A DNA stretch of 64,000 nucleotides from an uncultured Chloroflexia bacterium (GCA_963810095.1 CAWEMM010000009.1:512001-576000), one strand, 5' to 3'; numbered from the stretch's first letter, positions 11,286 to 23,918 are shown. Numbers and translations are program-made. Notes: generated from the sequence alone by a model not told the origin.

Positions 11286-11888
11286 ATGCAGAACAAGATC
11301 GCAGCGCCGGAAGGCTTCCGGTACGAGGCGGACTTGCTGCTGCCCGACGAGGAAGCCGAGCTTGTGGCGCAGATCCGAGAACTGCCCCTCAGAGAGTTCG
11401 AGTTCCACGGTTACACGGGCAAGCGCCGGGTTTTCTCGTACGGATGGCACTACGACTTCGAGGAGGAGGCGCTTCAGCCCGCGGACGACATCCCACCGTT
11501 CCTGAACACGGTGCAAGAGCGGGCCGCTGCCTTTGCGGGACTCTCTGGGGCCGACCTGCCGCACACGCTGATCACCGAGTACGGCCCCGGCGCAGCGATT
11601 GGATGGCATCGGGACAAGGGCGTTTTTGCCGACGTGATCGGGGTCTCGCTCCTGTCCTCCTGCAATTTTCGGCTTCGCCGGAAGGTCGGCAGCGCGTGGG
11701 AGCGTTACTCGTTCATCGTCGAACCGCGCTCGGCGTACCTGCTGACGCGGCCCCGCTCGGACAGTGTGGGAGCACAGCATACCGGCCGTCGAGACCTTGC
11801 GCTATTCGATTACGTTCCGCAGCATGCACTCAAGACGCTGACGCACCGTGGCTCGCTTGCGGCAAGGTCGGCGGCGAGACCCTGGTGA
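11286..11888 (+). CDS. AlkB-like 2OG-Fe(II) oxygenase; C-terminal frameshift near 11750, true end uncertain
   Basis: EYGPGAAIGWHRD HxD motif; EPRSAYLL; WEHSIP..RYSITFR in the shifted frame. Confidence 0.85.
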   Translation: MQNKIAAPEGFRYEADLLLPDEEAELVAQIRELPLREFEFHGYTGKRRVFSYGWHYDFEEEALQPADDIPPFLNTVQERAAAFAGLSGADLPHTLITEYGPGAAIGWHRDKGVFADVIGVSLLSSCNFRLRRKVGSAWERYSFIVEPRSAYLLTRPRSDSVGAQHTGRRDLALFDYVPQHALKTLTHRGSLAARSAARPW

Positions 11889-11913
11889 AGCATCGACCGA
11901 TGGAGAAGGGGAA

Positions 11914-13858
11914 ATGACCGGCATGGTAGACCCATTCGCAGTGATCCGGCCCCAGACGCCGGCGCACGACTGGCTGCGCTTTGGTGAGGTGAAGCCTGCG
12001 GGTTGGCTGCGCCAGCAGATGCAGCACGATCTGGAGCAGGGGTTTCTGGGATGCCTCGACGATCTCGTGCCCGGCCTTATCTGCGACGACGATATCTACG
12101 GCCGGGACCGGCGAACGATGGGCAGCCGGCATCAGGACCTGGGCACGATTGCCGACGATGAGAGCCTGCGGGTGCAGTACATGTGGTGGAACAGCGAGAC
12201 GCAGTCCAACTGGTGGGACGGTGTCGTGCGGGCGGCGCTGCTGCTCGACCACGGGCCGGCACTCGAGCGGGTCACCGGCTACGTGAACCGGATGCTCGCC
12301 AATCAGGATGACGATGGTTACCTGGGCATCTACGCGCCCGACCTGCGCTTCGCGTTCCGGGGCGAGAACGGCGAGTTGTGGGCGCAGGCAACCCTCTTCA
12401 GAGCCCTACTGGCGTATTACGAGGCGACCGGCGAGCCGCATGTGCTTACGGCAGTGGAACGGGCCGCCCGAGTGACAATGACCGCTTACCCGCCAGGCCG
12501 GTCCCAGCCTTTCCCCGCCGAGACCTCGATGTGCGGCGACAGCCACGGCCTGGTCATCACCGACGCATTGGAGCGCCTGGGACAGCTGACCGGCGACCCG
12601 TCGTTTACGTCCTATGCCGCCTGGCTTTACGAGGCGTTCAGCAAGAGTCGGGTGAGCCTCGACGACGCGCAGTACCGTCACCTCGTGGACCCCGACTACC
12701 GCTTTCGCCAGCATGGCGTGCATACCTACGAGCACCTGCGTCCGTTGCTCCTGGCCGTCTTCGCGACCGGAAATCCTGCGCTCCGCGGTGCGCTCGCCGG
12801 TTACCTGGCCAAGCTCGACCGCTGCCTTGCGCCAAGCGGCGGCCCCATCGGCGACGAGTTCATCGAAGGCCGGGACGCAAGTGCGGGGGAGACCGGGTAC
12901 GAGTACTGCTCGATTCACGAGTTGCTCGACTCGTATACACACCTGCTGCAGAAGACCGGCGCACCGGACTGGGGTGACCGGACGGAGTGGCTGCTGTTCA
13001 ACGCAGGGCAGGGCGCTCGACACCCCGGGGGCTGCGGCATCACCTACTTGCGCACGGACAACTCTGTTCAGCTCACTGGGCCGCTGCATCCCGGCGATCC
13101 GCCGACGCACCACGGGCCGCAGACGCGTTACAAGTACTCGCCCGTGCATCAGGACGTGGCAGTGTGCTGCGCGCCGAACGCGGGCCGCATCTATCCGTAT
13201 TACGTCCGTAGCATGTGGATGCGCTCGGCGGAAGGACTCGTGGCGACGCTGTACGGCCCCTGCGAACTCAAGACCGACGTCGAGGGGTCGCCGGTGCGCA
13301 TTCGCGAGACGACGAACTACCCGTTCGACCTGGCGGTCGTGCTGACCGTCGAGACCGACCGCCCCACCGAGTTCGAGCTTGCGTTGCGGGTGCCGCGATG
13401 GGCGGAAGGCTACACGCTGGGTGGCGCAGAGGATTATGCGGAGCACGAGGGTTTCGTGCGCATCCGCCGTTGCTGGTCGGGCGCCAGCCAGATCACCCTG
13501 AATTTCCAAGCCAGCGCGAGGGTGCACCCCTGGGCGGATGGCGGGGCCTATCTCAGCCACGGCCCGCTCGTGTTTGCCCTGCCGCTGGTCGCCGAACCCC
13601 AGCCCGGCCGGGAATACGGGCGGGGCTTCTGCGATCTTCGCTATACCCCTGCCGCCGACGCCGTGCCTGCGCTCGCGCTGCCGCCCCGGCCGGCCTTCAC
13701 CCTCGCGCGATGCCACCTGCGATCCGTCCGAGCCGTGGGATTCGGTCGCACTGGTCGGGTCACTGCGGGCTTCGGGAACCGGCGCGGATACTCCCGTGCG
13801 TCTGGCGCCCATGGGCGGGACGGTGCTGCGCTTGGTGACCTTTCCGGTGAGTGCGTGA
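11914..13858 (+). CDS. GH127 beta-L-arabinofuranosidase-like glycoside hydrolase; frameshift near 13710
   Basis: VKPAGWLRQQM; HGVH; YEYCSIHE; EWLLFNA; CCAPN; TTNYPFD; LALRVPRWA; GPLVFAL. Confidence 0.85.
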
Positions 13859-13891
13859 GGCAGCCAGGCCGTACCTCGCCTGCTCGCCGGG

Positions 13892-15722
13892 CTACTCCGT
13901 TGGGAAAAGCATGGCCTCGGCGAAGTTGCGCATGAAGCGGGGCGCGCGGGCCAGCTCGATGTAGCGGACGCGCGCCGCGATGTCGGCTGCGTGCCGCCGC
14001 ATTGGGCGCGAGACGAGGGCCAGCCGCGCACCGGTCCCGGCCGCGTTACCCACCTGCACCACCCGCTCCACGGGAACGTTGGGCAGCATGCCGATGGTGA
14101 TCGCACTTTCGACGTCGATGTAGGTGCCAAAGGCGCCGGCAATGATGACCTGGTGCAAATCGCCCGCCGTGATCCCCGCATCCTGGAGCAGCGTGTCGAT
14201 GCCCGCCCTAATCGCACCCTTGGCCAGTTGGAGCTCGCGGATGTCGTGCTGGCTGACCGCGATGGTGCGGCGGTTGCCCGATTCTTCTGGGCCGGCAATC
14301 ACGAATTCCCTGTCTCCGTCGGTCTGCCGGGTGCGGTCGCTCTCGAGCAGACGCCCCCGCCCGTCGAGCAGGCCGGCGAGGCGCAGCTGCGCCACGACGT
14401 CCAGCAGGCCCGAGCCGCACAACCCGACCGGCGGCTGGTCCTCGATGGTCTTGTAGGCCACCTTGCCCGGCCGTCCGTCCGTATCGCGCTCGATCCTCAC
14501 CCGTTCGATAGCACCCGGGGCAGCCCGCATGCCAGCCTGTATGTGCGCGCCCTCAAATGCCGGGCCCGACGCGCAGGAGAGGCTGGTCATCTTGCTCTTG
14601 TGGGTCAGGCACATCTCGGTGTTGGTGCCGATATCGATGGCAAGAACGGTGTCGCGCCGGCTCGATAGACCCGTCGCGAGCAGCATGGCGACGTGATCTG
14701 CGCCGACATAGCCTGCGATGTTGGGCAGCAGGTGGACGTGGGCGCCGGGCGCAATCTGGAGGCCGATGTTGCGCGCCCGGCCGTGGATGGCCCCGCGCAG
14801 CGCGGGCACGTAGGGTGCAGACGCGAGCTGGGCCACGGGCAAGCGCAGGAAGAGGTGGTGAATCGCAGTGTTACAAACGACCACCGCTTCCACGATGTCG
14901 CGGGCCGAAGCACCGATTTCGGCACACGCCGCAGCGGCGAGCTCGCTCAGCTCGCTCGTCAACAGCTCCTGCATGCGGAGCGCCTCGGCCGGGCCCCGGC
15001 TCGCGTACATCAGCCGGGCGACGACATCCTCCCCGTACGCGATTTGCGGGTTCATCGCGCCGCGCTTCGCCAAGGTCTGCCCCGTCAGCAGGTCGACGAG
15101 ATAAGCCGCGATTTTGGTCGTGCCGATGTCCACGGCGAGGCCGAGCCAGGGGGTGTCCGCTCGGCCCACATGCATGATGTCGCGGCCGTGGAGCGTGATG
15201 CGCCCTTCCCAGCCCAGCTTGCGGAACTGGGTGCTGGCCTCGCGGATCACCTCCAGGTCCTGGTGATACGGGACAATGCCGGTCGCCGCATGCACGGCAT
15301 CGTAGAGGCGCTGGTCGTCCGCACGCAGGTCCTCGAGGCTGGGGGGCTCCATCCGCACGACGCATTGTGACACGCCTGGCTTGACTTCGACCTCAACGTC
15401 GAGCCCTTCGATCTGCGTCCGCTGCAGGGCCGTGAGCGACTCGGGCGGCACGTGCACCTTCACGTCGCTCTCGGGGAACGACACGGCAGGCCAGCAGGTA
15501 GCCGTGATCGAGCTCGGCCTGCGTCAGGCCCCGCCGCGCGCCGCCCGCCGCCTCCCTGACCTCGCCCGAGATCACCTGCACCTTGCAGCGGCTGCACGTG
15601 CCCGCACCGCCACAAACGCTCGCCAGGTCGACGCCCAGGCTGCGGGCGGCATCCAGCAGCGTGCCGCCGTCGGGGCAGGGGCCGCGGCGGCCAACGGGCT
15701 CAAAGTCGATGGTGTAGGGCAT
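13892..15722 (-). CDS. ASKHA-type reductive activator of corrinoid proteins (RACo/RamA-like) with N-terminal 2Fe-2S domain; frameshift near 15480
   Basis: CGGAGTCSRC ferredoxin motif; AVDIGTTK; NPQIAYGEDVVAR; IDIGTNTE; SCASGPAFEG; GLCGSG; IAGAFG; VGNAAG. Confidence 0.92.
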
Positions 15723-15804
15723 GCACGTAACCTTTGCGGTCGGGGTCAGGCCGGGCGCCAGGGCAGCCGGGCGGCTGTCGCCAGAAACCCGGCTCCAAAC
15801 GTGG

Positions 15805-17022
15805 CTACCGCACTTTCGCCACCAGGCCGGCGATGAGTCCCACCAGCGCCATGACGGCGAGGCTGGCAAACGCCACCGGCCAGCCGGCAGATTGGGCGAG
15901 TGTACCAAAGATGATCGGACCGAGCAACATGCCCGCGTTTTGGCCGACCATGATGATCGCCATCGCCAGCCCGCCGTGCCGCTCGTCGCCGGCCGACTCG
16001 ACCGCGCCGGAGAAGATCGCCGTCGGGACGAGCCCGAGGGCCACGCCGCTCGCGATCAAGACGAGGACGAGGGCCGTACCCGTTGCAAAGCCCACTAACG
16101 GCAGCAGGACGATGGAGGCGGCCAGGCCAAAGAGGTAAGGCTTCTTCCGCGAGCCGAGCTTGTCCGAGATCACACCACCCGCCGGCGCAGAGAAGATGGT
16201 GATCAGCGTCGGAATCGCGGCAAGCAGCGCGGCCTGGCCCAGGGGCATGCCCCGCTGGGCCGACAAAAACGTCGGGATGTAGGTGCTGGAGCCAATGACC
16301 GCAGCGCAAAATGCGCCGAAGGCCGCCGCGAGGAGCCAGATGGTCGGGTTGCGCAGCACCTGCCGCGAGTCGACCGCGCGGCGCGAGGCCCGGCCGGATG
16401 ACTGCGCCGCCCGCGGCTCCAGCGGCGCCGGGCGCACCACTGCCACGTAGAGCAACGTGACCGCGGCCGCGTAAATGACGCGCCAGCCACCAGACCGCGC
16501 GCCAGCCGAATGCCGCGGCCACCGGTGGCGGCGCCACAATCAGCGTCACCGCGGTGCCCACCGGAACCCAGGCCGACCAGACGCCCATTGCCGTCCCGCG
16601 GCGCGAGGCCACAAACCACTGGGCGATGAGCGCGGGCGCGAGGACGGCCATGAAGCTCGTCCCCGCACCTTCAATCACCCGGCTGATAAGGAGTTGCCCG
16701 GAACTACGGCTCAGCGCGCCCAGGACGCCGCCGATCACGATCGAGCCGCCGGCAATGAGCCCCGTGACGCGGAAGCCCACCCGCTGGAGGATGAACCCGG
16801 ATGGGATGGCGAGCACCAACCCAGTGATCGCATAGACCGACATGAGCAAGCCCGCGCCCGAGACCGAAAGGCCCAGGCTGGCCATGAGGACGGGCATAAT
16901 CGGGCGGCACCTTGAACTGGTTCAAGGGCGCGGCAATGCTGAAGAGCAGCAGGACGGCCAGGATCACCCAGGCCATCGTCGACGCGGCCTGTGAGCGAGC
17001 CGAGATACGTGCGACTTGTCAT
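15805..17022 (-). CDS. MFS transporter; frameshifted
   Basis: About 12 hydrophobic segments across three ORFs; NQFKVPP; GVISDKLGSRK motif A; SRVIEGAG. Confidence 0.85.
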
Positions 17023-17129
17023 AAATCACGCCTTAATCGAACGTCGCGGCCATCCCGGATGAACGAATGAGCGCGGCCTTCGGTCGCGGGCTTCGTATTC
17101 GATCATTCGAGATGGCCGCGCTTCGTTGC

Positions 17130-18399
17130 CTAATACACGCCGAACTCGCGGGTGGCATCGACCCACGCGCGGACGTTTTCCAGCTTGCAGCCTTCCATTT
17201 CGCCGACGCCCGTGCACATGATGAACCCACCGCCCTTGCCGACCTTCTCGCAGAGCTGCCTGGTCCAGTCGCGCACTTGCTGGGGCGTGCCGCTCTGCAG
17301 CAGCGAGTTCTTCATGCCGCCCATGATGCACATGGTGTCGCCGACCACGTCCTTGACCTTGAAGATGTCGGACGACTGGAAGAAGCCGACGGTTTTGCCC
17401 TTGGGCAGCTCGCAGAGGTATGGCAACCGCTGGTCCCACACGCCTTCATAGAAGACGACCGGCGTGATACCGGCCTCGACCAGCCGCACCTGCATTTCCT
17501 TCAGCTGCGGCCAGTAGAACGTCTCGAACTGCTTGATCGACATGAACCCGTCTGACCCGCGGTGCAGGGGGATGAACGCGACCTTCAAGGCCGGTGATCT
17601 GCGCGAAGCTGAAAGCGAATTCCAGCTGCAAGTCGAGCACGACGCGCTCTGCTGCCAGCAGCTTGTCGGGCCGGCGCAGCATGTCGAGCATGATGCCGCG
17701 CATGCCGCGCAGCGTGTCCGACATGAAGTCGAACGGCGCTTCGGTGAGTGAGCCGGCCAGCGGCGGCGGCGGGAAGCCGAGCGCCAGCAGGCGGGCAGTC
17801 GACTCGCCGAGGTTGGCTGCGTCCTGCAGCGCGGCCTCGTTCGCCTTGCCCAGCGCCTGGAGCGCAGCCATCACCGGGGGATTGGCGAAGAACGGCAGGT
17901 TCGGCAGGTTGTAGTGCCCGAACGCGAACATGCCGAGGGGCGGCAGGGCCGCCAGGCCCTCCAGTTCCTTGAAAGCCCGCGGCAGGTACTTGCGGATGGT
18001 CCAGTCGGACGGGTCGCGCAGGAACGCGTCGTAGTCTTCGCCCTTCATAAACTCGTGCTCGTCAAACTGGAACGAGCCGGTGTCGGGCAGGCCGTAGCCC
18101 GGCCACTTCGTCATGCGGTCGCCCAGCACCAGCGACGGCCGCGGGCTGTTGTAGAGGCCCATGACCGTGTCCGGCTCAAACTCGAGCGCGAACTTCTCCG
18201 TCAGCTCCTGCGCCTTCTGAAAGTTGTCCTGCTGCTCGCGGTGCGTGATCCCGCCGTACTCGGCCAGCAGGTAGCCGGCGGCCAGGTTGATCGGGATGCG
18301 GTCCGGTTGCTTGAGCGCCATTGCGTCCTGCAGGCGCTTGCTGCGCTCGGCCAGCAGTTGTTCGGGGCCCTTGCCCGCGTCGAGTGGGTTGTTTGCCAT
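17130..18399 (-). CDS. Uroporphyrinogen decarboxylase-family corrinoid methyltransferase (MT1-like) #2; frameshift near 17590
   Basis: PDRIP; KWPGYG; APFDFMSDTLRGM; FIPLHRGSDGFMS..FETFYWP; GTPQQV; GGGFIM. Confidence 0.85.
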
Positions 18400-18485
18400 G
18401 TGAGTGTGCTCCCGCGGACAACGCAGTCCGCTGGTGTATATGGGCGACCTGTGCAGGCCGCTGCGACGGCCAGGACGCCTGGCGA

Positions 18486-19824
18486 TCAGTATACGCCGTA
18501 CTTGCGGCACGGTGTCGATCATCGCGTGCATGTTCTCGGGCTTGCAGTGATCCACGACCGCGCCGGGCGACAGGATGAAGCCGCCGTCGCAGGCGACGTC
18601 GTCGATGCAGCTTCTTCACGTAGGCTTCGACATCCTCGGGCGTGCCGGTGGTCAGGGTCGATGCGGGCACGTTGCCGCCGAAGCAGGCCCAGCCGCCGAA
18701 GCGCCTTCTTGACCTCGTTCATGTCGGTCTTGTCGAAGATCCAGAGGGTCGAGCCTGCCGGGATGTCGGGGTCTCGGGCGATGACGTCCAGGCGCTGGTT
18801 ATAGCCGCCCTCGACGAAGAGGAACGGCACGCAGCCCTCGTTGACCAGGCCCACGATGACCGCCTTGAGCGTCGGCCAGTAGAAGGTCTTGAAGTCCTTA
18901 TCCGACATGAAGCCGTCTGCGCCCTTGTGCAGCGGCATGAAGACCACAGGGACGCTGGTTGGTGGTCGCAGCGCGCACGCCCGATGCATCGGCAAGCGGC
19001 ACCAGCCGCTCCATCGCCGCAAGCACCTTCTTGGGCTGGCGGAACTTGTCCAGCATGATCGCGCGGGTGCCGCGCAGGGTGTCGCCCAGGGTGTCGAACG
19101 GCGCCTTGCACGCGCCGCCGATGAACGGCCGGCAAGCCGAGCGTCGCCATCGACTCGCCGTCGATCGGCCCGATGGCAGACTGGCCCACCGGAGCGCCTC
19201 GCGGCCCGCCTCGAGCAGTTTCTCATACGCAGCTTGCGACGGGGGGCAGCCCCGCGCCGACCATGTAGCCGCCGGTGAAGGGCAGTTCGATCATGTCGGT
19301 AATGGGGCCCAGCATCGACCAGCCGGCGAGCGCTCCGAACACCCGCGGCAGGTAGTAGCGGATGAAGAAGTCGGACGGATCGTTGATCAGCAGGTCGTAC
19401 TCGTCGGCCTGCATGAACTCGCCTTCGAGCGCCTGGTAGGAGGCCGTTGGCGATGACGCCGCGGCCCGGCCACTGGTAGAGCTTGTAGTCGAGGATGTCG
19501 AAGAGCGGGCCCGAGCCGGCCATGCCGCAGCTGACCACCGTGTCGGTCACGAAATCGCGGTTGTACTTCTTGAACGCGTAGCCCAGCTTGTCGTAGTCGT
19601 ACATCGCCTCTTCGGTCGTGATGCCCGCATAGGCAAAGGGGACGATGCCGCTCGTCATCATGAATGGGACGCGCACCGGCTTTTTGCAGCTGGATCACGT
19701 CCTTGAACATCTGGACGCGTTCTTTGTAGGCCGCCTCGGCGCCGGGCGTGGCAAACGGAAAGCCGGGTGAGGCCCATTCTGCAAAGCGCGCTTCGAACTT
19801 CTGCTCGCGAGTCAGGGATGTCAT
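18486..19824 (-). CDS. Uroporphyrinogen decarboxylase-family corrinoid methyltransferase (MT1-like) #1; multiple frameshifts
   Basis: RVP; YQWPG; APFDTLGDTLRG; FMPLHKGADGFMSDKDFKTFYWP; GTPEDV; ends YGVY like paralogue #2. Confidence 0.82.
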
Positions 19825-19841
19825 TGTGCTGCTCCTCTCGC

Positions 19842-20500
19842 TTATGCCGCCATCCGGGCAGCCTGCGCGTCCAGCCCTTCGCCAGCGTGACGGCGGCCAT
19901 CGCGTCCAGGCCGAACGCATCCGCACCGGCGTACTTGCACACCTGCTCGTCCACCGTGCCGCCGCCGACCATGATCTTCACGCCGTCGCGCAGGCCCGCC
20001 GCCTTCATCGCGTCCACGGTTTGCCTTCATCGAGTCGTAGGACAGGGTCAGGAAGCCGCTGAGAGCGCCACGCACCTCGGGCTTGATCTCTGCCGACCTT
20101 GTTGACGAACGTCTCGACCGGCACGTCGATACCCAGATCGTGCACCTCGAAGCCGTTCACGTCAAGCATGAAGACCACGATATCCTTGCCGATGTCGTGG
20201 ATGTCGCCCTTGACGGTGCCGACGATGACCTTGCCGAGCTTGCTGCTCGCGGCCTCGTGTGCGTCCGTCATGTACGGCTTGACCTCGGCGGAGACGCCCT
20301 TGAGCATCTCGCCCGCGAGGATCAGCTCGGGGATGAAGTACTCGCCGTGCTCGAAGCGCTTGCCGACGACCTCCATGGCCGCTCGGCAGTCGTCGAGGAT
20401 CGTGCGTGGGCGACGTGCCGGCAGCCAGCAGCTCCTTCGTGAGCGCGAGCGCGCCCTCTTCGTCCATGTCCGCAATGGCGTTGATCAGTTCTTGAGACAT
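19842..20500 (-). CDS. Corrinoid (cobalamin-binding) methyl-carrier protein; frameshifted
   Basis: EYFIPELILAGE cap domain; GTVKGDIHDIGK DxHxxG; DLGIDV; IMVGGG; GADAF. Confidence 0.9.
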
Positions 20501-20633
20501 TCTAGGCTCCTTTGACTGTTCTGGCTTCTATAGACTGGCTAACCACAAAGACACAATGAGGGGGTTTTCAGTTCCCCAGGGGGGCTATAGAAAACCTTTG
20601 TGTCCGGGTGCCTTTGTGGTCAGCGGGTCGTCG

Positions 20634-21429
20634 TCATTCCAACAAGCCGGCCCTGTACGCCCGTGTGTACGCGAGGCAGTGCCGGTCGATCCCCAGGGTG
20701 GCCTCGGCCGCCAGCATGGCCTTCTTTAGTTCCCTGTCGAGCGGATCGAGGATGGCGCTGTCGAGCCCGGCTTCGAGCATGAGGGTCAGGAACGCCCGGT
20801 TGACGAGCGTGCGAACGGGCAGGCCGTAGGACACGTTGCTCAGGCCGGAGGTGAAGTGGACCTTCGGGAACTCCGCCTTGACCGCACGGACCGTCGCAAG
20901 CGCGACCCGGGCCGCGTCGCCGCTGGCGCCGATGGTCATAACGAGCGGGTCCACATAGACCTGCTCGTCGGGAATGCCGGCGTTCCGAGTGTGCCTCCAT
21001 CAGGCGCTGCACGATGGCAAGGCGCCCTTCCGCGGTCGTCGGGATGCCCTTGTCGTCCATGGCAGCGCGATCACGCCGCCCTGGGCCTGCGCGGCAAGCG
21101 GCAGGACGCCCGTGAGGCGGTTTGCTTCGCCGCTGATCGAGTTGATCAGGGGGCCTTCTTCACGTGGGGCAGCGCGGCGCGCGAGCGCGGCGGGGTTGGC
21201 GCTGTCGAGGCAGAGCGGCTTGTCGACGACCGCCTGGACCGTCTCGACCAGCCAGACCAGGTCTTCCGGCTCGCGATCGCTCGGCGTCCCTGCATTGACG
21301 TCGATCCAGGTGGAGCCGGCCTCGGCCTGGCTGCACGCCAGCTTCTCGATGAACGCCAGCGTCGCGGTTCAGAACGGCTTCCTTGACCGACTTGCGGGTG
21401 CCGTTGATCTTTTCGCCGATGATTTTCAT
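20634..21429 (-). CDS. Methyltetrahydrofolate:corrinoid methyltransferase (pterin-binding, MT2/AcsE-like); frameshifted
   Basis: MKIIGEKINGTRK; IDVNAG; LCLDS; INSI; VDPLV; GLSNVSYGLP; GLDSAILDP. Confidence 0.88.
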
Positions 21430-22128
21430 GCTGAACGTCCTTCAACCTTTGTCTGTGGCTGTCTCTGGGAAGAAATGGCTGGTAAGTGATGGTCTCGCCC
21501 GGAGGCACGACGATGAAATCGTCATCCCAGGGGCCAAGAGCATCTTGCGGACCAAGTCGTTCGAGCCCTGGATTTCCTCGAAGCGCAGGTCCCAGCGCTG
21601 CGCCAGGCGCCTGGGTGTACTCGCGATAGGGGGTCATGTCGTCGCCGTCGACCGGTATCAATCAGGGCGAGGCGGGTATAGTGCTTGATGGAGAGGCGAA
21701 TGAGGCGCTCGGCGCGCGCCGCACCGTACTTCTCGACCAGCCGGTCGTACTCGCTGAACGGCGTGTCGCCCACCTCGATCCAGCCCTTGGTGAGATAGTA
21801 GGTGCCGGGCTCGCCTCTGACTTGCTTGGTGTACGCTTCGCGCGAGCCGAGGAAGATGCGAGATGCAGTCGTCGACGTGGGGCACGACCAGCGTGCAGCC
21901 GTTGGCCTTGAGCCCCACCACCGCCATGCTGCAGAACCCGTAGCCCAGGACGATGGTTTCTGCCTCGGCAGCCGATGCGTCGATGGCTGCCTGCAGCGCA
22001 GCCTTGAGCGACGCGGGGTTGACGTGCAGGCCAAAGTCAAGCACCTGGCGCGGCATGTCCTCGGGAAGAAGCGGCAGCATCTCTTCCATCACGGTGGCGC
22101 AGGCGAGCACTTTTCGGGAATGGAGCAC
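21426..22128 (-). CDS. DUF1638 domain protein (corrinoid-cluster associated); frameshifted
   Basis: VLACAT; LDFGLHVNP; VLGYGFC; HVDDCI; PGTYYLTKGW; YTRLALIDTG; FIVVPPGETI. Confidence 0.85.
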
Positions 22129-22219
22129 GGTCGGCTCCAGTGGCGAGAATAGTGATGTGGACTCGTGGACGGCAGACCTGGGGGCCCGGCCTCTCCACCC
22201 GGCGATAGAAGCTGCCATG

Positions 22220-22248
22220 ATACTATAGTACCCTAGGGAACTTGTCAA
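22220..22248 (-). promoter_or_regulatory. Sigma70-type promoter of the methyltransferase operon
   Basis: Minus strand TTGACA-17 nt-TAGTAT; overlaps palindrome TACTATAGTA; second palindrome TCATATATGA at 22260-22269. Confidence 0.65.
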
Positions 22249-22335
22249 GTGGGAAAACGTCATATATGATGATCTTCAAGACAAGCATCGCGGAAGACGT
22301 GCACCCTGGCGCGTCCACCGGAAGTCGAAGTTCGC

Positions 22336-23126
22336 ATGGCCATCAGAGAACCGCCGTTTCCCGCCCGCAAGGCGTCGCACGTCCCGGCATCGACCGGGAG
22401 TCCTTCGAGCCGCCTTACCACCAGCTTGCCAGCTATCCTCCGCCGCCAAATCTCCGCGGGCGGACTGCGGCCGGGCGACCGCCTGCCTTCGGAAGCCCAG
22501 ATGTGCGGGCGGTATGATGTCAGCCCCATGACCGTGCGGCGGGCCATCAACATCCTGCTGGACGAGGGGTTGGTCACCGCCAGCCGCGGCCGCGGCACGT
22601 TCGTGAAGCCGCTCGGTCTGGGCACGGCCACCTTTGGCCTGCAGGCGCTGGAAGACGCTGTTCAGCGCCGAGGACACGACGGTGCGGTTTCTGTCGGTGC
22701 GGACGATCAAGGCGACGCCGCGCATCAGCGAGAACCTCGCGGTGCCCGATGGATGACAAGGTGATCACGATCCGGCGCCTGCTCTCCGTCGCGGCGAGCC
22801 GGTCGCGTTTCACCGCGAGTATCTCGTCTTCGATCCGGCCCGCCCGATTGTAGAGGCCGAGATGGGCATCACGAGCCTGCAGGGGCTTTTCGACGGCCGG
22901 GGCGAGACCGTGCTCAAGCGGGGCAACCTGGGCATCGAGACCACGACGCTGACCGAAGAGGAGTCGAAACTGCTGCGGGTGCCCGCTGGGCAGCGCCGCC
23001 TTCCGCATCCAGCAACGTTTTTTGACTTTGACGACCGCCCGGTGAGCTGGGGCTGGTTCATCGTGCGCGGCGATCGCTTGCGTTTCAATGCGACCGTGGG
23101 CGTTCGAGGCTCCGCGCCGCAAATAA
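22336..23126 (+). CDS. GntR (HutC/UTRA) transcriptional regulator; frameshifted
   Basis: PPYHQLASILRRQI..PGDRLPSE..YDVSPMTVRRAI..GRGTFV; UTRA-like C-terminus FDFDDRPVSWG. Confidence 0.85.
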
Positions 23127-23155
23127 GGCGGCGCAGTTGCCGGATGGACGGTGAG

Positions 23156-23832
23156 ATGAACGACAGGATGCGGCCCGAGCAGGGGAATCTGCAGGGCGGC
23201 ACGCGCTGGCAGTGCGGTGGCCGACCTGCGCGAGAACGAGGTGCTCGACATGGTGCAGGCGCGCATGGCCGCCGGCGACGATCCGCTGCAGATCATCGAG
23301 GACTGCCAGGCGGGATGCGCGAGGTGGGCGAGCGCTACGCCCGGCAGGCGTTACTACCTCTCCGGGCCTGATCATGGCCGGCGAGATCCTCCGCGAGGTG
23401 ATGGAAATCGTGATGCCGTCAGTGGTCGAGCGGTTTTCCGGCCAGGCTGCCGGCCGGGTGTTGCTGGGCACGGTGCAGGGCGACATTCACGACCTGGGCA
23501 AGAACCTGCTGCTGATGCTGCTGCAATGCCATGGCTTCACCGTCGAGGACCTGGGCGTCGACGTGGCGCCTGCTGCCTTCGTGGCCGAGGCGCGCGCGGT
23601 TCAAGCCGCACGTCATCGGGCTATCCGGGCCTGATCACCGCCGCCTACGTCAACATGCGTGAGACCGTCGCCGCGCTGCGCAAGATGATGGCCGAAGACG
23701 GCACGCCCATCCCGATCCTGCTGGGCGGACAGGTGGACGAGCAGGTGTGCCAGTATCGTGGGCGCGGATTATTGGTCGACCGACGCGATGGAAGGCGTGC
23801 GGTTGTGCCAGCGGCTGGTCGGAGAAGGCTAG
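23156..23832 (+). CDS. Second cobalamin-binding domain protein; frameshifted
   Basis: MREVGERY; LIMAGEIL; GTVQGDIHDLGKN; DLGVDV; ILLGG. Confidence 0.85.
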
Positions 23833-23918
23833 CCGTAAGCATCGCGGCGCTCCGACAGGATGTAGAAAACAAACAGGCCCCGCGTCAGCGGGGCCCGTGC
23901 TTGCATGGGTACATGCTA

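Noticed and set aside
22130-22335. Cobalamin riboswitch upstream of the corrinoid operon
   Set aside because: No B12-box consensus seen; the region is explained by a promoter and palindromic operators
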